20,842 bases of DNA from assembly GCA_024626585.2 (NCBI GenBank), contig JANKJI020000004.1, positions 153,206,908 through 153,227,749 of the forward strand, given 5' to 3'. The DNA comes from Ginkgo biloba. Taxonomy: Eukaryota; Plantae; Ginkgophyta. Shown in pieces: positions 9,403 to 20,842 of this stretch. Under the pieces are notes generated by a model. It saw only the letters and a list, made by a program, of their open reading frames with translations. It did no database searches and was not told where the DNA came from. A program made the translations under genes and the position numbers. Numbering within the stretch: position 1 is the stretch's first letter; every line of letters starts with the position of its first letter.

Positions 9403-10236
9403 NNNNNNNNNNNNNNNNNNNNNNNNNNNNNNNNNNNNNNNNNNNNNNNNNNNNNNNNNNNNNNNNNNNNNNNNNNNNNNNNNNNNNNNNNNNNNNNNNN
9501 NNNNNNNNNNNNNNNNNNNNNNNNNNNNNNNNNNNNNNNNNNNNNNNNNNNNNNNNNNNNNNNNNNNNNNNNNNNNNNNNNNNNNNNNNNNNNNNNNNNN
9601 NNNNNNNNNNNNNNNNNNNNNNNNNNNNNNNNNNNNNNNNNNNNNNNNNNNNNNNNNNNNNNNNNNNNNNNNNNNNNNNNNNNNNNNNNNNNNNNNNNNN
9701 NNNNNNNNNNNNNNNNNNNNNNNNNNNNNNNNNNNNNNNNNNNNNNNNNNNNNNNNNNNNNNNNNNNNNNNNNNNNNNNNNNNNNNNNNNNNNNNNNNNN
9801 NNNNNNNNNNNNNNNNNNNNNNNNNNNNNNNNNNNNNNNNNNNNNNNNNNNNNNNNNNNNNNNNNNNNNNNNNNNNNNNNNNNNNNNNNNNNNNNNNNNN
9901 NNNNNNNNNNNNNNNNNNNNNNNNNNNNNNNNNNNNNNNNNNNNNNNNNNNNNNNNNNNNNNNNNNNNNNNNNNNNNNNNNNNNNNNNNNNNNNNNNNNN
10001 NNNNNNNNNNNNNNNNNNNNNNNNNNNNNNNNNNNNNNNNNNNNNNNNNNNNNNNNNNNNNNNNNNNNNNNNNNNNNNNNNNNNNNNNNNNNNNNNNNNN
10101 NNNNNNNNNNNNNNNNNNNNNNNNNNNNNNNNNNNNNNNNNNNNNNNNNNNNNNNNNNNNNNNNNNNNNNNNNNNNNNNNNNNNNNNNNNNNNNNNNNNN
10201 NNNNNNNNNNNNNNNNNNNNNNNNNNNNNNNNNNNN

Positions 10237-10893
10237 CCCCCATGGTTAAGGTCATAAGGAACATTTATCATATAAATACCCCCTTTCATACAAGTCAAAA
10301 AGAGAGGAATCTCTAAGTAATCCATCTTACTCATCACTTAAGTTTCTTATTATAACATAGGCATCTTTTACTTGGAGATTATCGATAAAAGTTCACCTAA
10401 CATCATTCATAATTAGGGTTTCTTACCATTATGTTTAATGTCATTGCGACACCTATACCATCCACTTAGACATGCATCCTTATTGTGAATTAGAGAATAG
10501 AAGGAAGAGAGGATTACATTTGTTCCATCATATGAACCCTATTTGGTGAGAACATTCCATTTTATCACCTTTTCCCTTTGTAATAAAGGCACTCTTTCCT
10601 TTTATCAAACTCATGTGTCATTTATGCATGTCATTCTCTATCAAGGATTGGTGTTCTTATGATAATCTATTTATTTCTTTGCAATACATATATTTGTCTC
10701 GTTCTCTTATTGCATATAGGTTATGGGTTTTGTTATCCATTTAGGACTTCATCTCAAGCCATCTAAGGGAGAAAGCATCATCCAAGGAATTTTCTTACAT
10801 AAGGAAAATTGTTTATTCATATTTCCTATGTTTCTTCCATTAATTTTTTCATTGTGTCTATGCATTTTATAGGGGAAAATTTGGGGATAAACA
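10237..10893 (+). mobile_element. 3' portion of an LTR, followed by a possible decayed PBS (10898-10913)
   Basis: TATAAATA near 10273. Ends GGGGAAAATTTGGGGATAAACA (CA terminus). TAGTAACTATACTAGG follows, 10/16 to TGGCGACTCCACTGGG (tRNA-Arg PBS) with mostly transition mismatches. Confidence 0.5.
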
Positions 10894-12992
10894 TAATTAG
10901 TAACTATACTAGGTTGTATCATATTACCTAGGTTTTATTCATTTGTAATATTATTATTTTTTATCAATTATTGTATCGTATAATTGGTTTTTACCCACCT
11001 TCTATAACAATCTTGGCAATTCCTCTTTTCCATTTCTATTTTTTAGCTTATGCTTAGGATGATTTTATAGGTCTCATCATTCGATATTTGCAAGTTTTTA
11101 TTTTTGTCTATTATAGATTGCACTACAACTTTTTTTTATCTAAACCTTGCCTTTTTCATATCATCACACTATGGCTTTTTTTTGCATTGTGCCTCTTTGT
11201 AATCACACTGCGCCTTTTCCTATGCATAATTGTCATTCTTTTTTCATGATTAAATTAGTGATTTTCACCTTTTTTAACCCAATCTTACACTTGTTTTTTT
11301 TAGATCTATTATTTTCAGGTGGGTTTATATATTTTATATTTCTTTTTTCTTAATTCTACTTCATTATATTTGAGTCTTGGAATTTTTTAATTTTCCATTG
11401 CACATAAAATTTCTATCATAAAAGAATTTTTGTCATATATAGATCTCCCTTCTTTGAATTTTTTTCATTTAAGAAAAAAAAAAAAATCTTGTAAATTTAT
11501 TTATTTCCTTCCATTGTTTCCTAATTCATATAAATAAATTTTATTTTCATTTGCAAATTTAGTTTTTTGCATTTAATTATCAGTTCTTAATTAGGATTCA
11601 CATAATAACTTTCCCTCCTAAAACATAGTGCGATACTAATAAATTTCATTAAAGATAACATAGACAATATTGTATTTTTATTTGTACAATACATAGGGAT
11701 TTTGCAAAGGTAAGATTTGTGCATCTAATTGTNNNNNNNNNNCAAACCAATCTCAAACAATAAAATTTTTAGGCTAAAGAAGGTTTGGGTAGGATCTTTG
11801 TAGATCCTTTATCCTTAAGGGGGTAAAAATATAATAGATGTTAACCTATGGCTAGTAGATCCCTCTAGGGTTAATGAGTGAGTCTTTTTGGGGACAATTG
11901 GTGTATGTTAATAATCCTCCACCTAAATTGGTTAGTATCCATGGTACATCATGATTCCTTTTTATTTTTTCCCTTGAGCCTTAGGTTCCCTAACTAGGAC
12001 TTTTTTCATTCAAGGTAGAGGGAAGTNNNNNNNNNNNNNNNNNNNNNNNNNNNNNNNNNNNCACATGTTATTCTTACAAGGAAGTTCACTTGTGTTATAT
12101 TTGTATTTCAAAATAAAAGTAATGATAAATACACTTTAATAATATGTATACATAATAAATCTCCTTTCCTATTGCTATACAATCATTTCTATCTTTTCTT
12201 AACTACATTTCTTTTAGGTTGATTCTTTTTCCCTAGATCATTCCATTATAAATATGCACTTAAGATCTTCTTTATCAACTAATAAGGAAAAAATCCACAC
12301 CTAACTAAATTTTCAAGTAAATAATTAGTAAATGATCATATTGTAGGCATTTATGTCATGCCACTTAATTATTTATACACCTTATAGATTTAACCCCTTT
12401 GGACAATCAAGATCTAGATCTTTAAAGTTTATCCATGGATTCCACATATATTCATTCTGATAGAGATGATATTAAAACTAAACTGGATGAAGTAGATTAT
12501 AGGTCTTCATCATCTCATAATGATTATATCCTTTCTCCTCAAATTCCTATAAGTTCATCCATGACCCAAGGGATTATGTTCCCTATTACTCCTCATAGTC
12601 ATGTTTAAACAACTCTATTGGATCAAGCATTCTAAAATCTATTATATGGGTCATCATCCCTATCATCACCAATTAATGGTATGATGATGACTCGTTTTAT
12701 TATTGCCCCCACCTTATTAGGAGAATAGGATTCATCCTCCATGGACATGTAAGATGCATCCTATAAGATTAAATTATTCACAACACGAGCTCCACTAAGT
12801 CACGATCTATCCAAAGTAGAATATTCCTCTTTGTTGCTAGTTATTTCATCTAGTCAATCAATGATCTTAAGTGAAGTATTCCCTCATTCATANNNNNNNN
12901 NNNNNNNNNNNNNNNNNNNNNNNNNNNNNNNNNNNNNNNNNNNNNNNNNNNNNNNNNNNNNNNNNNNNNNNNNNNNNNNNNNNNNNNNNNNN

Positions 12993-13165
12993 GTGTGAAT
13001 TTGGTAAGAAGGAAGTTGAATTCCTAGGTCACATCATTTTAGGTTTAGGATTGAAGGTGGATCCTAAGGAAACCTAGGATATATTAGAGTGTAATACATA
13101 TAATAATATTAAGAGACTTATAATGTTCCTTGGAAATATATGCTACTACAATATATTCATCATAT
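12993..13165 (+). mobile_element. Isolated Ty3/gypsy RT C-terminal fragment
   Basis: CEFGKKEVEFLGHII..GLKVDPKET*DILE...MFLG..CYY..FI matches the conserved CEF..V.FLGH..VDP..FLG..YY.RFI segment. Confidence 0.85.
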
Positions 13166-13499
13166 ACTCAAATTATTATTTCATTGATAAGTATGAATAT
13201 TCAAAAAGATTATAAGGCTAATTGGGTGCCAAACCTCAATGTTAGGATCTCACTCCTAAGCAAGGAGTTGGAGAAAGCATGGATTGTAACTCCCTTCATG
13301 TAATGTTAAGAGAACCAGGTTCTAAAGAGGAAGTCAACCTTCTTCCTCTTAGCCAAGTAGGTGGAGGTGTTGTTATTTTTGGGGGGTAACCTAAAGAGTC
13401 TTAGTCTCTAGAGGTGAACATAATATTAGGGAAGCATACACCTAAGGTGAAACCAGGATCAGGGAATAAAAAACCTACTTCTATGCACACAAGGAAATT

Positions 13500-14400
13500 T
13501 CTCCTAAAGAAGCCAGATAGACCTTATTTAAAGAAGAAAAGGGAATTAGAGGTTAAGTTGGGTTTAGAAGAAGGGTTGTAAGGAAATATTTTAGACAAAT
13601 TTAAGTCTAGATAGGAGGATAAATGTGTATCTAGATGAAGCTCCTTTTATGTCATATAAGGGGTTGGGATCTCCCTTAAAAGGAAGATCTTTGAGGAGAC
13701 TGTTGTTGTTATAGAATCTAGACATATTTTTCCTTCAAGAAATAAAACTCAAGTCTAACTCCATGGAATATTTAGTTAGAAGAAGCTTCAAATAGTTCAA
13801 TGTGTAGGTGATGGGTTTAGAAGGTTCAATAAGAGGTTTATCCATTCTCTGGAGGACCAAGTCCTTCAAAGGCTCAATGGTGGATTTGAGTAAGAATTTG
13901 ATAACTATGAGTTTACAAGGCTTAATTAAGGAAAAGGAGTATTGGATATCCAATATATATAGGCCTATTATTTATAGTGGTAAGGTCCCAATCTAGAGGG
14001 ATTTTTGGGATAAAGAAAAGGTTTTGGGGCCAAATAACTGGATAATGGGGGGAGAGTTGAATATCACCTCTTATGATGAGGAGAAATTATGAAGCACATG
14101 GAAGGATTCCCCATCCCTAGAATATTACATCTCAGGAATGCAAGAACTCAAACTATTAAACGCAAAGATAAGAATGGGATCCTTCACTTGGTCTAATAAG
14201 AGACTAGGGTCATCATATATTTCAAAGTGTCTAAATAGGTTTCTAGTGAGTGATAGTTGTTTCTAGTGGGGTGTCAGATCATAGACCAATGTGTGTTGAA
14301 ATGATCTCCTTACCCAAGTTGGCTAGGGTGATGTTCAAATTTAACCCTCTATTAATTCAAGAAAGAGAATTCTAGAGTAATATGAGAAGATGTTGGAGTG
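13500..14400 (+). mobile_element. Degenerate L1-type LINE: end of ORF1 and APE endonuclease of ORF2 (ATG ~13635)
   Basis: MKLL..IRGLGSPLK..DIFFLQEIKL, GSIRGLSILW, NIYRP, WIMGGELN, FTWSNKR (14183-14203) and LNRFLVS are the ordered EEP motifs WNVRGL, LQET, GGL..LW, NVYGP, GDFN, TW.N and LDRFL. Confidence 0.88.
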
Positions 14401-15081
14401 AGGGAGATATTTGTTTTGGCACATAGATGTNNNNNNNNNNNNNNNNNNNNNNNNNNNNNNNNNNNNNNNNNNNNNNNNNNNNNNNNNNNNNNNNNNNNNN
14501 NNNNNNNNNNNNNNNNNNNNNNNNNNNNNNTGGCTATGCTATAATGTGTGTTGTGAATCTTTACTTCTACTTGAGCGAGTTGTGAGAGTTCTTTTTTCAT
14601 TTAGCTATGCTACTAAATTAGAAACAAACATGATTTGAGATAGCCTACTCTATGATTTATCTAATTATTTTGTTTAATAAATATGTTGGGTATGATATTT
14701 AGGATTCTCCTACTTTAGTATTTAAGTTATCACTCGATCCTTCTTTCCACTTCCTATCACTGCTATATCAAGAGGCCTGGCTATGCTGACGAATTGATTT
14801 TAATAGTAATCTATTTCCCTTAATAGTCATTAGTAGTTCTTTCCCCTTATAGTCATCTACAAACATTGATCTAGACCCCATTTTAGATTACCATCCTGTA
14901 GGTGANNNNNNNNNNNNNNNNNNNNNNNNNNNNNNNNNNNNNNNNNNNNNNNNNNNNNNACTGCCCCTCATAAGTCAAAGGGTCATCTGACCCCTTACTG
15001 TTATGCTGTCTTGGCACATTTTCTCTGAGTTGCAACAATCAAGCCTTATCCACTTCCAAACCAACCAAGAGCTAAGAACGG

Positions 15082-15571
15082 GTGTCAATAGGTTGCATCA
15101 CTAACATTATTTTCTCAAGTTTGGTCAATGGGATCCTTATTGGTTACTTTAGAGGTACAAGAGGCATTAGACAAGGTTGCCCATTATCCTTGAGCTTATT
15201 TGTATTAGAAACTAAGGCGTTGGGAATATTATTAGAAAGTAAAGTTGAGTTGGGTGCCCTAATTAGAGAAGAGGTAACTTCTAATTGTAAATGGACAACT
15301 CATGTATATTTTGTGGATGATTTGATCTTCCTGGGAAAATATTTTTTGGGAATGCAAGGATATTCAAGGATATCTTAAATGCCTTCTTAATGTAATATGG
15401 AGGTTTAGTGAATAAGGATAAAAGTATTATTTTCATATTGAATGGCTTAGTGAGATTGCATGGTAGAATTTATAAGCTACCAGGGTTTTAGAGGGGTACC
15501 TTTGATTCGCTTACAAGATACCTTGTTGCATTGTTATCTCCTAACCCTTTAAAAGACAAAGATTGGTTTGG
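15082..15571 (+). mobile_element. Degenerate LINE reverse transcriptase fragment
   Basis: LVNG..GYFRGTRGIRQGCPLSLSLF and THVYFVDDLIF (FADD motif), then GLVNKDKS and a degenerate YLG region. Confidence 0.92.
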
Positions 15572-15671
15572 NNNNNNNNNNNNNNNNNNNNNNNNNNNNN
15601 NNNNNNNNNNNNNNNNNNNNNNNNNNNNNNNNNNNNNNNNNNNNNNNNNNNNNNNNNNNNNNNNNNNNNNN

Positions 15672-16592
15672 CCACATGGCACCATTGCGGGGCCCCTGAG
15701 TTTCACCTCAATTTGGGATGCGACCCCTCTTTCCACGTTGATATGAATTGTAGGGTGTGCCCCCCCCATGATGATTCCATTTGGCACCATCATAGGGGAT
15801 GAGACCCCATAGGCCATCTCCACCCTTTCTTATAGGATCCCTTACCCCTACGAGGAGTGAGGCCTCAGGATCCTGCCATGTGAAAAAGTCCTTAGGACTC
15901 GATCATTATGGGTTCTCATTCATACTTATTGTAGCACTTTGTGCACCCCAAGGGGGCACCACATATCACCTATTCGTATCCCTACATGCCTGCTACCTTT
16001 TCTTGTCTAAACTAATAGGCAAATATGCAAGCGACATGAGAAGAGGGGTCATAGGATCACACCATGTGGCGTGATCTTCTGAACCCTCAACCTCTTATAT
16101 TTTGCTCAAAAATAACTTAGCCTTAAAAGAATTTTTAAAATAAAATAGCAAGGGGGGAGAGACACACCTAGGTGCTACCACGTGTCATGCTCTTATAGCT
16201 GTTTATCATGTGAACCTCTTAAATTTATGCCTAACTACCAAAATAACCAGTGGGATCCCCGAGGTGAGAGATCATGCCATGTGGAATGATCACATGCCCC
16301 TCTCACACCTGTGACCATTTTGTTATATCTTCTAAGTGTTGAAACTATGTAGGAGGCAGGCCCCAGGATGATGACACATGTTTCCCCCTCATTAAATCTA
16401 GGGGCCCGAGACCAATTTCACCTAACTTTGAATCTTTGTGTTGTTTGGAATTTTTGTGAGGGGTAGGGAAATGATNNNNNNNNNNGCCTGCCATGTGTCG
16501 ATACCTAGGGAACCTGCATACAAGCCACCCAAAATACCCCATGAGAGAAATTTTACACAAAATTTAAAGGGAAAAAGTGGAGTCACAATACA
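15672..16592. mobile_element. GC-richer non-coding repeat, probably an LTR fragment
   Basis: No credible ORF. Repeated CCATGTG/CCACGTG, GGATCC and GGGCCC motifs. Ends GGGAAAAAGTGGAGTCACAATACA, which resembles an LTR 3' end. Confidence 0.5.
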
Positions 16593-16816
16593 AACTGTAA
16601 CATGTCGAAAACCAAAATTGAGAGAAAGTTATCTACGCACCAATCGCACAAACTTCAAGGCCGCTTTCGTATACTTTGTGAACTTGTCAAATCAATCTGC
16701 AAAAGGATCTAAACACNNNNNNNNNNNNNNNNNNNNNNNNNNNNNNNNNNNNNNNNNNNNNNNNNNNNNNNNNNNNNNNNNNNNNNNNNNNNNNNNNNNN
16801 NNNNNNNNNNNNNNNN

Positions 16817-19014
16817 GATTTTTCACTCATCTCCTTCTTAGATTCTAATATGATAATTGTCGCTTCTTAGGTCAATCTTAGAAAAGTATGTTGCTCCAGT
16901 AAGACAATCTATGATGTCATCCATCCTAATCATTGGAAATTTGTATTTGATGGTGATTTGATTCATCACTCTAGAGTCTAGACACATTTTCCATGTCCCA
17001 TATTTATTGGGTTCTAACAAGGCTGGAGTCGCACAAGGACTTAAACTATCTTGGATGAATTCCTTATTCAACAGTTGTTGCACTTGTCAGTTCACCTCTT
17101 CATTTTTTGTTGAGATCAGTCTATAAGCTACTTGATTTGGAAAACTAGATCCAGGGATCAAATCAATCTGATGAATAATCCATCTATTTGGTGGCACTCC
17201 TATTAGTAACTCTTTTGGATTCACATCCCTATACACCTTTAACAACCTCCTTACTTCTTCAGGCATCTCCTTCGATCTCCCTTATCTTACCTCCTCTGCG
17301 ATCAGTGCATAACATACTTTTTATAAATTACTTTTTTGACATAACCACTTTTGATGCTTCATCTTATTCTTTTAGCCACAACGTGAAATTCTTCCCATCT
17401 TTAATGATGGTGTATGTGTTTCTTCGCCCATAGTGTACTGTTTATCGATCATATTACCATATTTATCCCAACAGTAAGTGACAAGAAGCCATTGGCACTA
17501 TGTCACACCACACTCTATCATTATAATTTTCCACTTGGATTGTTACCATACATTTCTCTCTGATGGTGATTTCTCCACCCTTCTTGAACCATGATATTTT
17601 GTATGGAGTCTTATATCTTTGTCCTTGTAATCCCAACTGTCTAACCATTTCTTCCAACACCATGTTCTTACAACTTAAACTGTTGATAATCACATTGTAG
17701 ACTTTGTCCTCCAACATGCATTTGATTTTAAAAATATTCTTTCTATGGTCTATGTCAGTTGTCATGTTATGTTCATCAGTGTCACTCCTTCCACTACCAG
17801 ATGGTTGACAACCTTCTTTGTCGGTCATCTTTTCTTTTTCTTTTTATTGCCGATACTCCACCTGCCTTTTGGTGATGGTTATTTTTTTATCTGATGAAAA
17901 TAATATCCTTTATGTTGGTACCACCTTTGATTTGTCTATTGTTGCAAGCTCAGGTCTTGCCTCCTCCTTTACTAAATTAATGTTGGACCTTTCCAACCTT
18001 GGCATGTCACCATATCTTCTTAGACATTCAAAAGCTTTGTGGCCTTCTTCTCCACACCTTTAACATTTTGTAGGTCTTTTAGGTGCATAAGATTCTCTTT
18101 CCATTCCTCTTCCTCTAGCATGGGAAAATTTTCCCCTGCCTCTAGTACAGTAAGCATTGAACTCTTCCCTTGTTCAAAATAATGTGTTAGAACCAAATCT
18201 TTGGGTATTCTCATATCTCAAGATACCTTCACCTTTCCATTATCTGACACTCCTTTTGTCACTGGTAGGATATTTTTTTTCCTCCAATGAATGGCATTTT
18301 TCATGTGTTCCTAGTTAGATTCTCCTTGGCCTTAAATGTTAGCTGATATGCTTCATTAATAGTGTTCATATTATGCATTATTATTTTATCCTGAATGATG
18401 TAGTTTAGACCATTAACATACCTTGTTGCTAGTTTTTCTTCACTTTCCTCATGACTACTATGAATAGACAATCTGAAGAATTCATTAGTGTACTCTAACA
18501 CATTCTTCTCTCTTTGTCTTAGGTTCTACAATTCCCTGAAGAGTCTTTGGACATAGTTAGTGGGTAGGAATTTTCCCTTCAATTTTTCTACCATCTTTTT
18601 CCGTGTCCAAGTTTTCTCCTGACCTTTTTGGATTCTCTCCTCTTGCAAATGCTCCCATCATATGGCTGCATGTCCCTTCAATCTAGTTCATGAAAATTTC
18701 ACCTTCTTGGGATCTTCTATTTTCTTTGAGTTGAAGTGCTTTTTTATTTCTCTGACCCAATCTAACAAGTCTTCAAGGTTAAAACTTCCACTGACGCTAG
18801 GAACTTCTACCTTTACTCCACAATGATTATTCTTCAATAATATAGACAATAGATCTTCTACATTAGGTGTGGGTCATTATAGTTCTTCAAAATTATATTT
18901 AGACTCATCATCCTCCATGGGCCTTCGTCTCTTTAGCTTATTTTTAAGGTCCTCAAATTTTCTTACTAAGGTCTCCACCACCTAAATGAGTGCTCTTTCC
19001 ATTCTAGGTGCCAT
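16817..19014 (-). mobile_element. Degenerate Ty3/gypsy (CRM-like chromovirus) gag-protease-RT, 3' truncated at a gap
   Basis: Gag starts MAPR at 19014 and includes VEVPSVSGSFNLEDLLDW, LKGHAAI*W and EYTNEFFRL. Zinc knuckle C*RCGEEGHKA near 18067-18030. Protease RKNIFKIKC..VIINSLSCKNMV..PYKISW..VWCDIVPMASCHLLLG. RT DSLSPCATPALL.P.K.GTWKMCLDSR..ITIKYKFP..FSKIDLRS. Confidence 0.95.
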
Positions 19015-19070
19015 GTTGAGTTCTTACTACCAAATGATGTCGTCAAACTCTCTTCCTAATGAGAAAATAT

Positions 19071-19082
19071 GCTCTAATACCA
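19071..19082 (-). other. tRNA-iMet primer binding site
   Basis: Minus strand TGGTATTAGAGC equals TGGTATCAGAGC with one C>T change, ~57 bp upstream of the gag ATG. Confidence 0.88.
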
Positions 19083-19637
19083 TCTAATACAAGAGTGTAT
19101 GCACTATTAATCTACTATACTCTTTCAATAACCTACCAATATTAATTCAATTGATAATGATATCCCCACCACTAGGGTCACAACAAACAAGTTTGGCCAA
19201 CTGCATTAGCGAACCCTTGGCTAGGTTATCACAACCTATTATGTAGACAATGACACTCACCAACATAAAATAAAAAAACTTGAACAAGATAATATAATTA
19301 AGCTACTTGGACACCTGACTATTCAATAAACTCTTTATAAGGAAATCTAGCATGTGAAGGCATGCAAAGAAATTGAGATAATATTTTTAGCTAGAGAACC
19401 CTTCTCAGGAGAATGAAACTCCAAATGTCATTAAACCGTAACCACCAATATTTATAATAGACAAATTATATATTCCTCACTATNNNNNNNNNNNNNNNNN
19501 NNNNNNNNNNNNNNNNNNNNNNNNNNNNNNNNNNNNNNNNNNNNNNNNNNNNNNNNNNNNNNNNNNNNNNNNNNNNNNNNNNNAAAAGGTTTGGGGACCT
19601 TTCAACACCTCTTCTACCTTAATAAAAAAACATTACA
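19083..19637 (-). mobile_element. 5' LTR of the minus-strand gypsy element
   Basis: Abuts the PBS. Begins TGTAATG (19637) and ends TATTAGA (expected CATTACA). TATAAATA at 19456-19449. CACTA coding remnants start immediately beyond 19637. Confidence 0.65.
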
Positions 19638-20540
19638 TACTCTAGACATGTAGGTAGTTCACAATTGGACAAATGATAGTGTAAATGAGCTATTGGCCTT
19701 TATAAAATATTTATTTCCAAATGAATCTAATATCCTACACATTCCAAATGAGAGAAATATTGTGATGAAGGTTCTTGGACTTTCATACATATTCGTTAAT
19801 GGTTGTGTTTTATTCTATAAAGGTTTAGATAATACCACCTCTTATGTAAAATAGGGGTAATGTCAATATAAATAAGGTGTTAATTCTATTATTCATCATA
19901 AAGTACTGCATCACTTTCCTTTAATCCCTTAACTATAATATATTTATATAATTCAAGATACATATATATTATTGTTATGGCATGTAAAATATAAGAGTAT
20001 TGATGGAAAATAATTTCATTATTTAGATTCAAAGGCAAGGGTTACATTTAATTAGAATGGGTAGGATTTTGTACAATACCTATATAATATAAGTTTGGGA
20101 TTGTCTTTGAATGGGGTTAACCCCTTTTTTAAATGTAAGAACTAATTGGTCAACATGGATAATATTTTTATTAAATTATAAATTACCACCATATGAAGTG
20201 ATAATATATTTTTTGAGGAGTTGAAAGAATTAAAGGATGAAGTTGAATCTTTATAAAATTCATTAGATATAAAAATATTTAAGTTCATATTAAGAGTCTA
20301 TTTATTATGGACAATCCATGATCTTCCAACCTATGGTCTTAATCAATACTAATCTTTATGGTTACCACGATGTATGATATCTAAGTATGAAGATTTTTGT
20401 GAGTGCTCAAAGTAGCTGAAAAATTATGTGTATTATGGCAATTTCTCTTATCTTTCTATTGAATGCCCATGTCATACTCAATGTTCAATATTAAATGGTA
20501 GGAATATGATATACAAAATTTCAATAAAATAAAATAAAAT
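19638..20540 (+). mobile_element. CACTA (En/Spm) Tnp2 transposase pseudogene fragment (Transposase_21-like)
   Basis: Ordered remnants across stops and frameshifts: HNWTNDSVNELL, NGCVLF, KVLHHFPLIP*L, LLWH..DGK*FHYLDSKA, LGLSLNGVNPF (20095-20127), WSTW..LLNYKLPPY, EELKEL, LLWTIHDLPTYG (20302-20337) and LNG. Confidence 0.88.
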
Positions 20541-20842
20541 GTATCATTAATAGTGCACAACGATGCAATGATTTCATTATAAGTAGGGGTATTTTTTATA
20601 GCGTAGACAATTTTGTGAGGAGATAGGATTAAAGAGGACAAGTATTTTATATTAATTGGTTTATTTTTAGGGTGTTAAAAATTGGCACTTAATTACTTAT
20701 GTGTTATTATAAGAATATTGCATACATTATACTTAAAACTAATTTTGAAACCTATGAGACTGTAAACACCTAAAATCTACCACTTCAGCTTCATTACCCA
20801 TTAATCCCGCTAACACTATTTCCTAACTAAAACAAAACCTAG

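Noticed and set aside
11743-12892. Possible minus-strand LINE ORF1 (DUF4283-like) remnant
   Set aside because: Only faint residue patterns amid many stops; cannot be supported without an HMM search.
19907-19913. TGCATCA as a CRM-type TGATG LTR start
   Set aside because: It lies within the CACTA coding remnant KVLHHFPLIP. The LTR edge fits better at 19637.
1-20842. A novel multi-gene biological system
   Set aside because: All recognisable coding remnants other than H2A belong to known TE classes and are inactivated by stops and frameshifts. No intact unexplained ORF or organised array is visible.

Overview
Eukaryotic plant genomic DNA from a gapped draft assembly. A seed plant, possibly a gymnosperm, is inferred from the repeat landscape and is not proven. 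The only host gene visible is exon 1 of a canonical histone H2A on the minus strand (ATG 2213, 60 codons, phase-0 GT donor at 2033). It has a compact CpG-rich promoter carrying the typical plant histone elements. Exon 2 is not visible: it lies in the 1171-1906 gap or left of the window. The rest (~3-20.8 kb) is decayed, nested transposons: a + strand Ty3/gypsy (PBS, gag, duplicated protease, RT, RNase H, integrase), LTR-like pieces, an isolated gypsy RT fragment, an L1-type LINE (endonuclease and RT), a minus-strand CRM-like gypsy (5' LTR, Met PBS, gag, protease, RT) and a CACTA Tnp2 remnant that the ORF track misses. I found no convincing novel multi-gene system. The most curious items are a candidate stop-containing 14-nt micro-exon downstream of H2A exon 1, a hairpin-bearing duplication at 1-921, and G-box-centred palindromes in an LTR-like repeat. 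All family calls come from motif recognition by eye, not database searches.
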